Shown one piece after another: positions 46,492-56,655 of a stretch of DNA of 64,000 nt (position 1 is its first letter; every line of letters starts with the position of its first letter). The stretch lies in NCBI GenBank assembly GCA_964531335.1, contig CAZHEV010000003.1, positions 130,429 through 194,428 of the forward strand, read 5' to 3'. Position numbers and translations under genes: made by a program. The DNA comes from an uncultured bacterium (GTDB taxonomy: Bacteria > Eisenbacteria > RBG-16-71-46 > CAZHEV01). Under the pieces are notes generated by a model that was not told the origin of the DNA, did not search any database, and worked only from the letters and a program-made list of their open reading frames with translations.

Positions 46492-47529
46492 TTAAGTTTC
46501 GGCCCCCACGAGAGTCTCGGCCTTCTCGGATGGATCGCGATGGCGTGCGGCGATCTTCTTGAAACTCTCCTCCGAGTCCAAGAAGCCCTGCACGACGTCG
46601 GGATCGAAGTGTTTCCCGCAGTCCTCGACTATGATCCCCCGGGCCAGGTCATGGTCGCACGCGGCCTTGTACACCCTCTTGGACGTGATGGCGTCATAGA
46701 CGTCTGCGAGGCCGACTATCCTTGCGCAGAGGGGGATGTCATCACCCTTTAGGCCTTTCGGATAGCCTTTGCCGTCGAAGCGCTCGTGGTGGTACATGGC
46801 TATGTCGGCCGCGGATCTCAGGTACGCGACGCCGGAGCATTCTCTGGCTGCCCCCTCGAGCGTTTGGCCGCCGATGACCGAGTGACGCTTCATCACCTGG
46901 AACTCCTCGTCGGACAGCCGTCCCGGCTTGAGCAGTATGTAATCGGGAATGCCGACCTTGCCTATGTCATGCAGCGGAGAGGTCAGATAGAGGTCCGAAA
47001 TGTACTCTGAGGTCAGAATCCGGCTGTAACGGTCGCCCTTGCGCATTGCGGTGGCGATCAGCCTGGTGTATTCACGGATGCGTTCGAGATGCTCACCGGT
47101 CTCCGGGTCTCTGGACTCGGCGAGCTTGGCCAGGGCGAAGATCGCCACGTGCCGCGTCTCCAAGGCTAGAATGCGTTTGCCCGTCGCCACCCTGACGGCG
47201 AGCTCGGGAGGGTCGAAGGGCTTGGTCAGGAACTCATCCGCCCCGGCGGACAGACCCTCTACTACGCTGTTCGCGTCCCTCCTTGCGGTAACAAGGATAA
47301 CGTAGGTGTACCAGGGAAGCCCCGCTGAGCGCAGATGCCTGCAAAACTCCAGCCCGTCCATGACCGGCATCATCCAGTCGAGCACCACCATTCTAATTGC
47401 GTGCTCCTTGAGCTTCCTGAGGCCCTCCTCGCCGTCCGAGGCCGTCACCACTTCGTGATTGTCCCGCTCAAGCATCGATGCCATCAACTGGCGGTTTATG
47501 TCATCGTCTTCGACTACCAGGACTCGCAT
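46492..47529 (-). CDS. Response regulator with HD-GYP phosphodiesterase output domain
   Basis: REC (VLVVEDDDINRQLM...MVVLDWMMP), then HDIGK and HHERFDGKGYP motifs (HD-GYP). Confidence 0.85.
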   Translation of the reverse strand: MRVLVVEDDDINRQLMASMLERDNHEVVTASDGEEGLRKLKEHAIRMVVLDWMMPVMDGLEFCRHLRSAGLPWYTYVILVTARRDANSVVEGLSAGADEFLTKPFDPPELAVRVATGKRILALETRHVAIFALAKLAESRDPETGEHLERIREYTRLIATAMRKGDRYSRILTSEYISDLYLTSPLHDIGKVGIPDYILLKPGRLSDEEFQVMKRHSVIGGQTLEGAARECSGVAYLRSAADIAMYHHERFDGKGYPKGLKGDDIPLCARIVGLADVYDAITSKRVYKAACDHDLARGIIVEDCGKHFDPDVVQGFLDSEESFKKIAARHRDPSEKAETLVGAET

Positions 47530-47559
47530 TTCGCCCCTTCGTGACTGCGTCGGAGCCGG

Positions 47560-47961
47560 TCAGGCTGCTTCCGAACGCGTCATCGCGCCGGCGGCCGCCT
47601 CTTCGAAACGGCCCGCCTCGATTCTCAGTTTTTCGACGTAATGCGGCGCCAGGGCCACGTTGCCTGTCGCACAGGCGTCCTCCAGAGCGGCGGCGGCCTC
47701 GCGGAGAGAAGTTGCCGCGAGGTTGGCCGCGGTGCCCTTCAGCCTGTGCGCCAGCTCGCCCAGAGACCGGAAGTCCTCCCGGGCGAGCGGCCCAGCCATA
47801 TTATCGATCTCATCGCGCAACCGCGCTCTGAAAGCCGTCACCAACCGCGCCGCGAGCCCCGCGTCACCTCCGCAACGAAAGAGAAGCTCATGGTATCCGA
47901 ACACTCGCCCCTGATCGGCGAAGGCGCCCTTGTCAGCCATGACCTGTGCCGTTCCCTCCAT
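47560..47961 (-). CDS. Hpt (histidine phosphotransfer) domain protein
   Basis: About 130 aa with HRLKGTAANLAA around the phosphorylatable His. Immediately upstream of and co-oriented with the REC-HD-GYP gene. Confidence 0.65.
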   Translation of the reverse strand: MEGTAQVMADKGAFADQGRVFGYHELLFRCGGDAGLAARLVTAFRARLRDEIDNMAGPLAREDFRSLGELAHRLKGTAANLAATSLREAAAALEDACATGNVALAPHYVEKLRIEAGRFEEAAAGAMTRSEAA

Positions 47962-48126
47962 CCCCCGCGGCGGCCGGCTCGTGCCGGTCCGGTCGCAGGC
48001 ATCACGAGTCGGAATGCACCTAAAGCATCACTACGGCATCCGAAGACGCCGAAACCCAAGTAGGTTATTTGAATTCTTTGATCGGCATTCCAGCCGGGTT
48101 TGTTTAGTAATAATGGCGGCGCGGAC

Positions 48127-49725
48127 TTATCCGCCTCGTGGGTGGGGGAGTGGATCGATCCTGGCCCGCGATCCGCCCAGCACGAAATCGCTCACAAGCT
48201 CAATGGAGGTCCTGTGCGGGCCGCGGGTGGAGCCGCGCCTTGCGCCGAGGGGGCGGCCGGCTGAGGAGGCCTTCTCCCGGACGTGACTGTCGGGAGGGGT
48301 AGTGACCAGACTCACCAAGTAGACTGCGGCGAGGCTGACCAAGAAGGCGGGAACGAGCTCGTAGAGCGCCGCCTTGAGCGGTGGAATATAGTGCCATGCT
48401 AGAACGGTGGCGGCGCCCGCTATTATGCCCGAGTAGGCCCCGGCCCGCGTCACGCGTCCCCAGTAAAGGGACAAGATCAAGAGCGGACCGAAGCTGGCGC
48501 CCAGTCCGCCCCAGGCGAACAGCACCAGCCAGAAAACAAGACCCCCGGAGTCGTTGGGGTCCTGGCCCAGGGCAACGAACAGCGCGACGACGCCGACGGC
48601 TATGGTCGCGATCCTGCTGAAGCGAACCAGGTTCCGCTCGGACACGTCCCTCTTGAAGAGCTTGTGGTAGAAGTCCTGGACAACGGAAGCGGTGGCCACC
48701 AACAACATCGAGTCCGCCGTCGACATCATGGCGGCCATGGCGGCCGCGATCATCGTGCCGGCCAACCAGGCCGGGAGGACCTGGATCGCCAGTAACGGCA
48801 TGACCCGCTCGGGGTCGCCGGGGTCCTCGGACAGGAGGGCACGCGCGGTCAGGCCCACCAGCACCGCGCCGTAGAGAGAAAGCAGTGACCAGACGACCGT
48901 TATCAATGCCCCCTTCCTTACGTCCCTGGGCCTTCTTATCGCCATGAACCTGGTGAGCACGTGAGGCTGTCCCGGGTAGCCCAAACCTATTCCGAGGGCT
49001 CCTATTATCATGGCGAACAACGGAAACCCGGAGCTGCCGCCGGACATTGTTATGAAGTCCTCTCCCAGGGTCTCGGTCAGTATCGCTATCATCTCTTCGA
49101 ACCCGCCGATGTTGATGATGGCCACCACGGGGAGCGCGACAAGCGCGCCCACCATGAGCATGCCTTGGATCAAGTCGGTCCACGCGACGGCGAAAAGTCC
49201 GCCCATCATCGTGTAGAAAAGTATGACCGCCGCGCCTATCAACACGCCCTGGAGATAGGAGATATCAAACGCCGTGGATAGAGCCTTTCCGGAGGCCACG
49301 AACTGCGCCGCCACGTAAGCGGTCATGAAAGTCGTGATGATCAGCGCCGAGATGATGCGGAGGCCGTGGCTGCGCTCGTCGGCGAAGCGCGCTTCGAGAT
49401 AGTCCGGAATAGTAACCGAGCCGAAGACCTCCGTGATGCGCCGGAGCCGCCGGGCCACCATCGTCCAGTTGAAGAACGTGCCGCCGACCACTCCCAGGGA
49501 GACCCAGAAAGCGGAGAAGCCGGCCGCGAAGGCCTGGCCCGGCAAGCCTATGAGAAGCCAGCCGCTCTCGCTGCTGGCCTTGGCGCTGATGGCGGCCACC
49601 CAGGGCCCCAGCCTCCTCCCGGCCAGAACGAAATCGGCCAGCGTCCTGGTCAGGCGCCACGTTATGATCCCCACGAGTACGAGAATGACCAGGTATACGA
49701 CGAAGGCGATCAGAAGTGAGCCCAC
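48127..49725 (-). CDS. Sodium:solute symporter family (SSF/SLC5-like) transporter
   Basis: 13-TM-type hydrophobic profile, SSF signatures (GRRLGPWVAAISAKASSESGWLLIGLPG; WTDLIQG), GTG start, and about 50-aa charged C-terminal tail. Confidence 0.75.
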   Translation of the reverse strand: MGSLLIAFVVYLVILVLVGIITWRLTRTLADFVLAGRRLGPWVAAISAKASSESGWLLIGLPGQAFAAGFSAFWVSLGVVGGTFFNWTMVARRLRRITEVFGSVTIPDYLEARFADERSHGLRIISALIITTFMTAYVAAQFVASGKALSTAFDISYLQGVLIGAAVILFYTMMGGLFAVAWTDLIQGMLMVGALVALPVVAIINIGGFEEMIAILTETLGEDFITMSGGSSGFPLFAMIIGALGIGLGYPGQPHVLTRFMAIRRPRDVRKGALITVVWSLLSLYGAVLVGLTARALLSEDPGDPERVMPLLAIQVLPAWLAGTMIAAAMAAMMSTADSMLLVATASVVQDFYHKLFKRDVSERNLVRFSRIATIAVGVVALFVALGQDPNDSGGLVFWLVLFAWGGLGASFGPLLILSLYWGRVTRAGAYSGIIAGAATVLAWHYIPPLKAALYELVPAFLVSLAAVYLVSLVTTPPDSHVREKASSAGRPLGARRGSTRGPHRTSIELVSDFVLGGSRARIDPLPHPRGG

Positions 49726-49726
49726 C

Positions 49727-49840
49727 TACTCGCCCTCCTCCTTACCCGCCTTGAAATAGAAATAGATGATGGCCAGAAGAAAAGCGGCCGGAGGAACCAG
49801 CAGGACGGCCCAGGTGGCGTGAGGAACTCCTAAGAACAAG
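49727..49840 (-). CDS. Small (about 37 aa) single-TM ORF immediately upstream of, and abutting, the SSF transporter start
   Basis: AAAGGAG RBS then TTG; translation LFLGVPHATWAVLLVPPAAFLLAIIYFYFKAGKEEGE. The stop TAG is directly followed by the transporter GTG start. Below the 60-aa track threshold. Confidence 0.35.
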
Positions 49841-50159
49841 AGACGCTCCTTTCACTGCGACGGCGACACAGAATCTTAGTCAGCCCCGTCGCTCGTGTCA
49901 ATGGACGCCTTCTTGGAGGTCGCTGTCCCGTACGCGATCGGTCGCGACGGGAGATGGTAAGCCTCCGGCAGCGCCCCTTCGGAGGGAGCGTTCAAAGATC
50001 CACCGGCGAAGCCGCCTGGCTCCCCGAGCCGATCAGGAGCGCAAGTGCGCACGCGGTGCGCCGGCATTTCGATCGACAGGCCGGCGCGGTCCCTGTACCA
50101 TTAGCTCCCGCCGAAAGATTCATATAGAAGGATGAAGACCGCGCAAGATAGGGGGAGCC

Positions 50160-50846
50160 GTGGCGCGCCGCCGCCCGCCGATCAGGGCCATAATCACACG
50201 CCTGGAGAGGGAGTATCCCGGCTCCAGGATAGCCCTTCGCTACAGGAACCCCTTGGAGCTGCTCGTTGCCACTATTCTCGCCGCGCAGTGCACCGATGAG
50301 CGGGTGAATCAGGTGACCAAGACTCTATTCGCCAAGTACAAGGCTCCGGAGGACTACGCCGAGGCGCCCATCGGAGATTTGATGGAAATAGTGAGGCCCA
50401 CCGGGTTCTTCAGGAACAAGTCGAAGAGTATCCAGGCGGCGGCTAGAAAGATAGTGGATGAGCACGGCGGAAAGGTCCCCGACAACATGGTCGACCTGAC
50501 CGGGCTGCCGGGGGTCGCGCGCAAGACCGCAAACATCGTGCTGGGAGACGCCTTCGGCGTATCAGAGGGCATCGCCGTGGACACGCATATGCTGAGGCTG
50601 TCGAGCCGCCTGGGGCTGACCTCGGAGAAAGACCCCGTGAAGGTCGAGAAGGACCTGTGCGCTCTAGTGCCCAGGCGCAAGTGGATCCACTTCCCCCACC
50701 TAACAGCCGATCATGGGCGCGCGGTGTGCAAGGCCAGGAAGCCTCTGTGCGACGCCTGCGCGCTCGCCGATATCTGCCCCTCGCGCGCCGTCTTCCAGAA
50801 GGAGGCCAAAGCCGGGGCGAAGGCGGCCGGCCGGAAGATCAAATGA
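50160..50846 (+). CDS. nth: Endonuclease III (DNA glycosylase/AP lyase)
   Basis: HhH-GPD with catalytic Lys (GLPGVARKTANIVL), then the Asp (DTHMLR) and C-x6-C-x2-C-x5-C [4Fe-4S] cluster loop (CKARKPLCDACALADICP). Confidence 0.85.
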   Translation: MARRRPPIRAIITRLEREYPGSRIALRYRNPLELLVATILAAQCTDERVNQVTKTLFAKYKAPEDYAEAPIGDLMEIVRPTGFFRNKSKSIQAAARKIVDEHGGKVPDNMVDLTGLPGVARKTANIVLGDAFGVSEGIAVDTHMLRLSSRLGLTSEKDPVKVEKDLCALVPRRKWIHFPHLTADHGRAVCKARKPLCDACALADICPSRAVFQKEAKAGAKAAGRKIK

Positions 50847-51783
50847 CAAGCCGGCCGGCATCGAGAATCGTCTTGCCGTCGATCGTAAGGGTCGGATTCA
50901 GCAGAACCCCGTCGAGATGACTCTGGACGCGCACCTTCCCCCCCATGGAGGCATTGTCTCCTATGGCCACGTGCACCGTCCCGAGGACCTTTTCGTCCTC
51001 GAGGACCAGGCCGGTCACCTTGGCCTTGTAGTTTGTGCCCACGCCCAGCTCGGCTATGTTGAGGGCCGGCTTGCCGAAAGGCTTGGTGATCTTCTTCAGG
51101 GTCGATGCCTGCGGGCCTCCCGAGATCTTCGTCACGTAGCCCTTTGTGACCTCCAGAATCAGGGGCCGCGGCAACAGGCCTATTCCCGCCATCGAGCCGT
51201 CGATAACGAGCATGCCCTCCGTCTTGCCCTCGAGCGGCGCCAGGTACGCCTCGCCCGCCGGAAGATTGGTGTACTCGCCCTTCTTGTGTGTCAGTCCCGT
51301 GTCCTCGCTGGCCTTCCGGCCCGAGATGTCCATGGTCAGGTCCGTGCCGGTCGGCGTGATCACGTGGGCCGTCCTGGCCTTGGTGAGTATGCGGACCAGC
51401 TTTCGCGTAAGGACCGCGATTTTCTTGTAATCCGCGGAAAGCGTCCGGCTCATGCTGTCCTCGGTGATGCCGGGAAGTGTCGCTATTCTGGCCCCTTTCT
51501 TACACGCGTCCCGTCGGGCGGCCGTGTGGGTGAGCGACTTGCTGGTAGGCGCAAACACCACGTCGACTGATGCCATGAGCTTCGCCACGGGCGGAGGAGG
51601 TTCCTCTCCATTTGTCTTTCGCGGCGTTATCTCGATCATCATCGCTTCCTTCGCGACCTTCGCGGCTTCCTCCCACAGGGCCATCCCGACCCCCCGGCAA
51701 GGCTCATCGGTGATGACAAGCACCGTCTCGGACTTTTTCACTTTCATACATTGCTTGATCGCTACTGATGCCGCTCTTTGCAT
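50839..51783 (-). CDS. Aminopeptidase-like protein (AmpS/M29-like fold, tentative)
   Basis: 314 aa (VLVITDEPCRGVGMALWEEA...AELGVGTNYKAKVTGLVLEDEKVLGTVHVAIGDN). Family assignment tentative, based on overall pattern. Confidence 0.35.
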   Translation of the reverse strand: MQRAASVAIKQCMKVKKSETVLVITDEPCRGVGMALWEEAAKVAKEAMMIEITPRKTNGEEPPPPVAKLMASVDVVFAPTSKSLTHTAARRDACKKGARIATLPGITEDSMSRTLSADYKKIAVLTRKLVRILTKARTAHVITPTGTDLTMDISGRKASEDTGLTHKKGEYTNLPAGEAYLAPLEGKTEGMLVIDGSMAGIGLLPRPLILEVTKGYVTKISGGPQASTLKKITKPFGKPALNIAELGVGTNYKAKVTGLVLEDEKVLGTVHVAIGDNASMGGKVRVQSHLDGVLLNPTLTIDGKTILDAGRLVI

Positions 51784-52076
51784 TATCGAACCTCCGTTTG
51801 ATTCCGCTGGTCAAGAAGCCGCGCCCCGGTGCGCCGATTCCTTTCTCTTGGAGCGGTGAGGCGCGGTTGGTTTCTTTAGGTATATAGAATAGAATGCGCC
51901 GGCAGGCGTCATGTCAAGTGGAAACGGCGACTCCGGGCCCGGCGCGTCCGTTGGCGTGCCTCGCGCTGGCCCTTTCTTGACCGTGCGGGAGCCCTATTGA
52001 TAGACTGGCGTGAGCTGATTTCAGAGGCATGCTCGCATGATAACCGGGGCGTTGCGAAGCGGGGAATAGGGATATC

Positions 52077-52745
52077 TTGAGGGTACGACGACTGCATAGC
52101 TGGGAAGTGACTCCCCGGGCCGCGCGCGAGATACAGGAGCGCCTGCGCTCGAAGGTCACCGACTCGTGGGACGGCCGTGGGATCGAGATAGTGGTGGGAA
52201 CCGATGTTTCCTATCCCTCGAAGAACCGTGTGCTCGCCGCGGCGGTCGCGGTCTCCTATCCGCGGCTCAAGGTGATCGAGACCGTGGTCGAGAAGGGAAG
52301 ATGCACGTTCCCGTACGTCCCAGGTCTGCTCTCCTTCAGAGAGATCCCGGTGTTGGCCGGGGCGCTCGAGGCCATGAAGACCGCCCCGGACGTCATACTT
52401 TGCGACGGGCAGGGCATGGCGCATCCCCGAGCAATGGGCTTGGCGTGCCACTTGGGGCTGGTGATGGACAGGCCGACGATAGGGTGCGCCAAGTCGCGGC
52501 TTTACGGCGAGTTCGATCCTCCCGCGCCGAAAAAGGGGAGCCGGTCGCCTCTTAGAGACAAGGCCGGGGAGACGGTGGGTGTCGCCCTGCGTACCAGGGA
52601 CAATGTATCGCCGGTCTTTGTCTCCGTGGGGCACAAGATAGACCTCACAAAATCGATAAGGGTGGTCTTGACCTGCTCGCCCAAGTACAGGATTCCGGAG
52701 CCGTTGAGGATGGCGCACAAGCTCGCGGGCGGAGAGCCGGTGTGA
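52077..52745 (+). CDS. nfi: Endonuclease V (deoxyinosine 3'-endonuclease)
   Basis: GTDVSY, PYVPGLLSFREIP, DGQGMAHPRAMGLACHLG, and PTIGCAKSRL motifs match Nfi throughout. TTG start. Confidence 0.85.
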   Translation: MRVRRLHSWEVTPRAAREIQERLRSKVTDSWDGRGIEIVVGTDVSYPSKNRVLAAAVAVSYPRLKVIETVVEKGRCTFPYVPGLLSFREIPVLAGALEAMKTAPDVILCDGQGMAHPRAMGLACHLGLVMDRPTIGCAKSRLYGEFDPPAPKKGSRSPLRDKAGETVGVALRTRDNVSPVFVSVGHKIDLTKSIRVVLTCSPKYRIPEPLRMAHKLAGGEPV

Positions 52746-52815
52746 CCGACCCTCCGCCGGAGCGGACATTCAATGTGACCTTGACGCCGGGGCGATCGAG
52801 GGAGGATCCCGGGCG

Positions 52816-55800
52816 TCAGCGAGCTACGACCATCTTCTTCGTCTTCACCTCTCCGCCCGCCTTGAGCCTGTAGAAGTAGACTCCTGAGCCGAGCCCTTCC
52901 GCGCTCCATGGAACCGTGGTCACCCCGGCCTTGTGGACCTTCCCATCCACGAGGACATCCACCCGCCTTCCCTTGGCGTCGAAGATCTCGAGGAAGACAG
53001 GGCCGTCCTTGGGCAGATAGAAGGATATGCTGGTGCCGGGTGAGAAGGGGTTCGGGGCGTTCTGCCAGAGACGTACGGCGTCGGCCCGGGGATGTCGATC
53101 TCCCGGAAGCCCGACCGTGGGCTCATAGACTACGTTGAGGCTGTCGCTCTCGTCCGTCCCCGCGTTGAGGCTGGGGTCGTAAGCGATGACTTTCACCATG
53201 GCGCTGTCCGTGGGAGCGGCAGGAACGTACCATGGGTAGAGGCCGTCATTGATCTCTCCCGATGCTATGAGCGAGTACTGGCCGCCTCCGTCGGAGGAGT
53301 AGTATATGCTCACAGAGTCAACGCCGCCCGCGTCCGTGGCGGTCCAGGTTATATCGTACGTCGCCCCCGTCTCGAGAGAATCGCCCTTGTCGGGGGTCAG
53401 AACCGTGACCGCCGGAGGCACCGTGTCGGGCAGGCCCTCGATGGTGAACAAGGTGTCGCTGCTATCCTCTCCCTCGTTCAGGGCCATGTCGTAGGCCACG
53501 ACCTTGACCAGAGCGCTGTCGCTGGGAGTGTCGGGTACCGTCCACGGGAAGACTCCGTCGTTGGGCTCTCCGGTGGCTATCGAGTGCGGGAAGGTGGCGC
53601 CTCCGTCCGTAGAGTAGAGAATGCTCACCGACTGGATGTCGGACGGTGAGGCAGCGACCACGTTGTCGAAGAAGGCCGTATGTGAAGACGACGCCGAGAC
53701 TCCCGCCGCGCCCGAGAGAATCGGGTCGGGGTCGGTTACGTCTATCAGCTCCTGCCCGTCGACCGACACTTTGATGTCCGCGCCGCCGGCGAGTATGCTG
53801 ACGTGATACCACACGCCCGTAGTGAACGACTGGCCGGGCGCGGTGGCCAATGTCTCCGTTGAGATCAGCGTGTGGCGGGTCAGGACCGCCCTCGCCGGAA
53901 GCAATCTGACCTTGTAATAGGTGTCCCAGTCCACGAACCGGAAGATGACCGCCCTGGTGTCGCCGGAGTCAATCCTCACGTCCGCCTCGAACATGTAATC
54001 CGACCATCCGTTTGTAGCGTCCAGGGTGCTTATCGCCGGACCGGGATCGGCCTGAACCTCGTAGACGCCGCCCGAGACCGTGTAGTTGCACGTGGGGTTA
54101 TAGCACCAATGACTCCAGCCGACGTCGTCCCCGTCGGCGAAGTCGTCGGTAGCGGCGAAGGTGGGGTCGTAGGCGCTCCACTTGATATCGCAGCTCTCGG
54201 CGACCTTCAAGGTGTCGCCGCCGTCCGGGGCCACGACGGTCGCCACCGGCGCCTCGGTGTCCATGGCTATCTCAAAGACCCCGTCGCTTACGTCTTCGCC
54301 TTGATTGAGGCTGGGGTCGTATGCGATCACCTTGACCACGGCTGTGGCCGTGGGGGTCGAAGGCACTGTCCAGGCGTAGCCCCCGTCGTTGGGCTCCTCG
54401 GCCGCGACCAGCTCGAAGTCCGCGCCGCCGTTTGTGGAATAGTATACGCTCACCGAATCGACGCCTGAGTCGTCCGAGGCGCTCCATGTCACGTCATATA
54501 CCAAGCCCGCGTACCAGGTCTCGCCGCCGTCGGGCGCGGTAACCTCGACCGCGGGGTCGGTCGTGTCGGGAGGAGGCGATATTGTGAAGAAGGCGTCGCT
54601 GGTGTCCCCCGCCGCATTGGCCCATGGGTCGTAAGCTATGACCTTGACGACGGCGCTGTCGCCGGGGGCGTTCGGAACCGTCCACGAGTACGTTGAATCG
54701 TTGGCCTCGCCGGACGCCACGGGGGAGTAACTTGCGCCGCCGTCCACGGAGTAGAGAATGTCCACGTAGTCGATACCGTGCGCGTCGGTGGCGGTCCACG
54801 TGATGTCATGCACGGTGCCCACCGTCCAATCCTCCCCGCCGTTCGGCGTCGCCACGGCCGTGACGGGCGGCGTCGAGTCATGCCCGCCTGCGTCCATAGG
54901 CCGGGACGACACCAGCGAGTACCACTGGTCGCCGGAGAGGTTGCCCTTGTGCGAGACGATCGCCATGTAGCTCCCGGCGGCCGGAGATCCGATATAGACT
55001 TGCTCGACGTTGTCCCTTGTATTGTCGCCGGTCGTCGCCGCGTTGGCGGGATTCGAGGGATCCAGAACATAAGGCAGGTGCGTAGTGGGCCCGCCCTCGT
55101 ACACAACGCGCAGATCCAGGTCGTTCACCAGCATCAACGTGGTCGGGTTCAGGGTGTAGGAAGCCGGCGGCGATCCCTCGGGGTCCGTCCACGCCAGCGT
55201 CAGGCGGATGGGATCGATCCCGTCACTGTAGAAATAAAGGGTGTCCGAGTCGCCGCCTCCGGCGTCGGCCAGAAAATCCTCCTTGATTATGGTCGGCGTT
55301 TCCGCATCGGCCGATATCTCATCCGCGGCATGTAGTGTGTTCAACAGGCCCCATCCGTGCATGTAGTCCGGTCCGGTGTAGTCTCCGGCCTCGTCCGCCG
55401 TCTGTATCGTCAAGGCCTTCATGGTGGAGGACAGCGGGGTCGTGCCGCCGTGCGTGTCCTCGTAGTGGCGGACCAGCAAGTTCAGTGATCCGGCCAGATT
55501 GGGCGAGGACATGGACGTTCCGCTCAGGGTGGTGTACTCGGTGTCTCCGGTGTCGTGTGTGGAGTACAGGCCTTGTCCGTTCGCGACCAGGTCGGGCTTT
55601 ATACGGCCGTCGTCGGTCGGCCCCCAACTGCTGAAACTCGTCACCGCCACGTCGGAGGGTTGCGTGTAACCGTCATAGATATCGTTCACCGCGCCTACCA
55701 CTATTATGTTTTTCGCGGTTTCGGGCGAGCTCAGACAGTCGTAGTGATCCGCGCCTCCGTCTATCTCGTGGTGGTCGTTGTCCCAGACCCATCCTCCGTC

Positions 55801-56655
55801 CCAATGATAGTGATAGCCCGAGCCCCCGGGGCCGATGTCATTCCTGTGGTTGCCGGCCGAGCTGACTATGGTGTAGTAGGGCGCGTCGTAGGAGATTTCG
55901 TCCCAGTCCCTGGCGTGCGAGTCGTAGAACCCGAACTTCCAGTCCTCCGTCGTGCTCACGGACAGATCGCCGTACCAGTACCAGTCACCGTCGTAGTCCC
56001 AGCCGGCGACGTAGCCGTAGGAGTGGTTGGACACGTTCATCCCCGATGCCGCCGCCGAGGCCATCTCCGATTCGTCGTTGCTCCAGTCGTAAGCGGCGAG
56101 GTTCGCCTCGTAAGACATCCCCTTTGCCGATGAAACGACTCCGGCCGCGATCATCGTGCCGGCCACGTGAGTGGCGTGATAGTGCGTGCCGCCGGGACTG
56201 TCAATCTGGGTAACCCGGCCCCCGAACTCCTGGTGGGTGGTCAGGACTCCCCCTCCGTCCCATACTCCCAGCTCGCCCAGCGCCGTGCCCGCCCCCGTCA
56301 GGGAATGGCCGTAGCCTTGCCCGGGCCAGACCGGTCTCGTGCTGACGGTTCTGGCGGCGGTCAAGTTATGGACCTCGTAGTAGCGGGGTATTCCCCTCTC
56401 GGTTACGTACATCAGCTCCTTGTCCTCGGATCGATTGAGAGCGACCTGGGCCGGGTCGGTGCTCCGGAGCAGCTCTCTGTAGGCAGGCCCTCTGCCTTCG
56501 AGGAACTTGGCCTGCAGCCGGAGAGCCAGGGCATCGAGGGTTGACTTGTCCGTCTGCGGACGGGATCTCCCTGAGGGCTCCTGCGCAAGGGCCGGCGAGA
56601 TCAGGGTCGAAAGGGCCAACAGCACTGGGGCGATCAGGCGACGAGAGAGAAGCAT
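52816..56655 (-). CDS. Secreted S8-family (subtilisin-like) serine peptidase with four about 100-aa internal repeats and C-terminal T9SS sorting domain
   Basis: Signal peptide, catalytic motifs (HATHVAGT; GTSMSSPNLAGS), four repeats with a conserved core (VVKVIAYDPSLN...), and a C-terminus NAPNPFSPGTSISFYLPKDGPVFLEIFDAKGRRV matching Por-secretion tail domains. Confidence 0.75.
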   Translation of the reverse strand: MLLSRRLIAPVLLALSTLISPALAQEPSGRSRPQTDKSTLDALALRLQAKFLEGRGPAYRELLRSTDPAQVALNRSEDKELMYVTERGIPRYYEVHNLTAARTVSTRPVWPGQGYGHSLTGAGTALGELGVWDGGGVLTTHQEFGGRVTQIDSPGGTHYHATHVAGTMIAAGVVSSAKGMSYEANLAAYDWSNDESEMASAAASGMNVSNHSYGYVAGWDYDGDWYWYGDLSVSTTEDWKFGFYDSHARDWDEISYDAPYYTIVSSAGNHRNDIGPGGSGYHYHWDGGWVWDNDHHEIDGGADHYDCLSSPETAKNIIVVGAVNDIYDGYTQPSDVAVTSFSSWGPTDDGRIKPDLVANGQGLYSTHDTGDTEYTTLSGTSMSSPNLAGSLNLLVRHYEDTHGGTTPLSSTMKALTIQTADEAGDYTGPDYMHGWGLLNTLHAADEISADAETPTIIKEDFLADAGGGDSDTLYFYSDGIDPIRLTLAWTDPEGSPPASYTLNPTTLMLVNDLDLRVVYEGGPTTHLPYVLDPSNPANAATTGDNTRDNVEQVYIGSPAAGSYMAIVSHKGNLSGDQWYSLVSSRPMDAGGHDSTPPVTAVATPNGGEDWTVGTVHDITWTATDAHGIDYVDILYSVDGGASYSPVASGEANDSTYSWTVPNAPGDSAVVKVIAYDPWANAAGDTSDAFFTISPPPDTTDPAVEVTAPDGGETWYAGLVYDVTWSASDDSGVDSVSVYYSTNGGADFELVAAEEPNDGGYAWTVPSTPTATAVVKVIAYDPSLNQGEDVSDGVFEIAMDTEAPVATVVAPDGGDTLKVAESCDIKWSAYDPTFAATDDFADGDDVGWSHWCYNPTCNYTVSGGVYEVQADPGPAISTLDATNGWSDYMFEADVRIDSGDTRAVIFRFVDWDTYYKVRLLPARAVLTRHTLISTETLATAPGQSFTTGVWYHVSILAGGADIKVSVDGQELIDVTDPDPILSGAAGVSASSSHTAFFDNVVAASPSDIQSVSILYSTDGGATFPHSIATGEPNDGVFPWTVPDTPSDSALVKVVAYDMALNEGEDSSDTLFTIEGLPDTVPPAVTVLTPDKGDSLETGATYDITWTATDAGGVDSVSIYYSSDGGGQYSLIASGEINDGLYPWYVPAAPTDSAMVKVIAYDPSLNAGTDESDSLNVVYEPTVGLPGDRHPRADAVRLWQNAPNPFSPGTSISFYLPKDGPVFLEIFDAKGRRVDVLVDGKVHKAGVTTVPWSAEGLGSGVYFYRLKAGGEVKTKKMVVAR

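Noticed and set aside
46114-46752. 212-aa plus-strand ORF crossing the HD-GYP regulator 3' end
   Set aside because: Overlaps a strongly supported minus-strand gene; no RBS; low-complexity Arg/Gly-rich translation.
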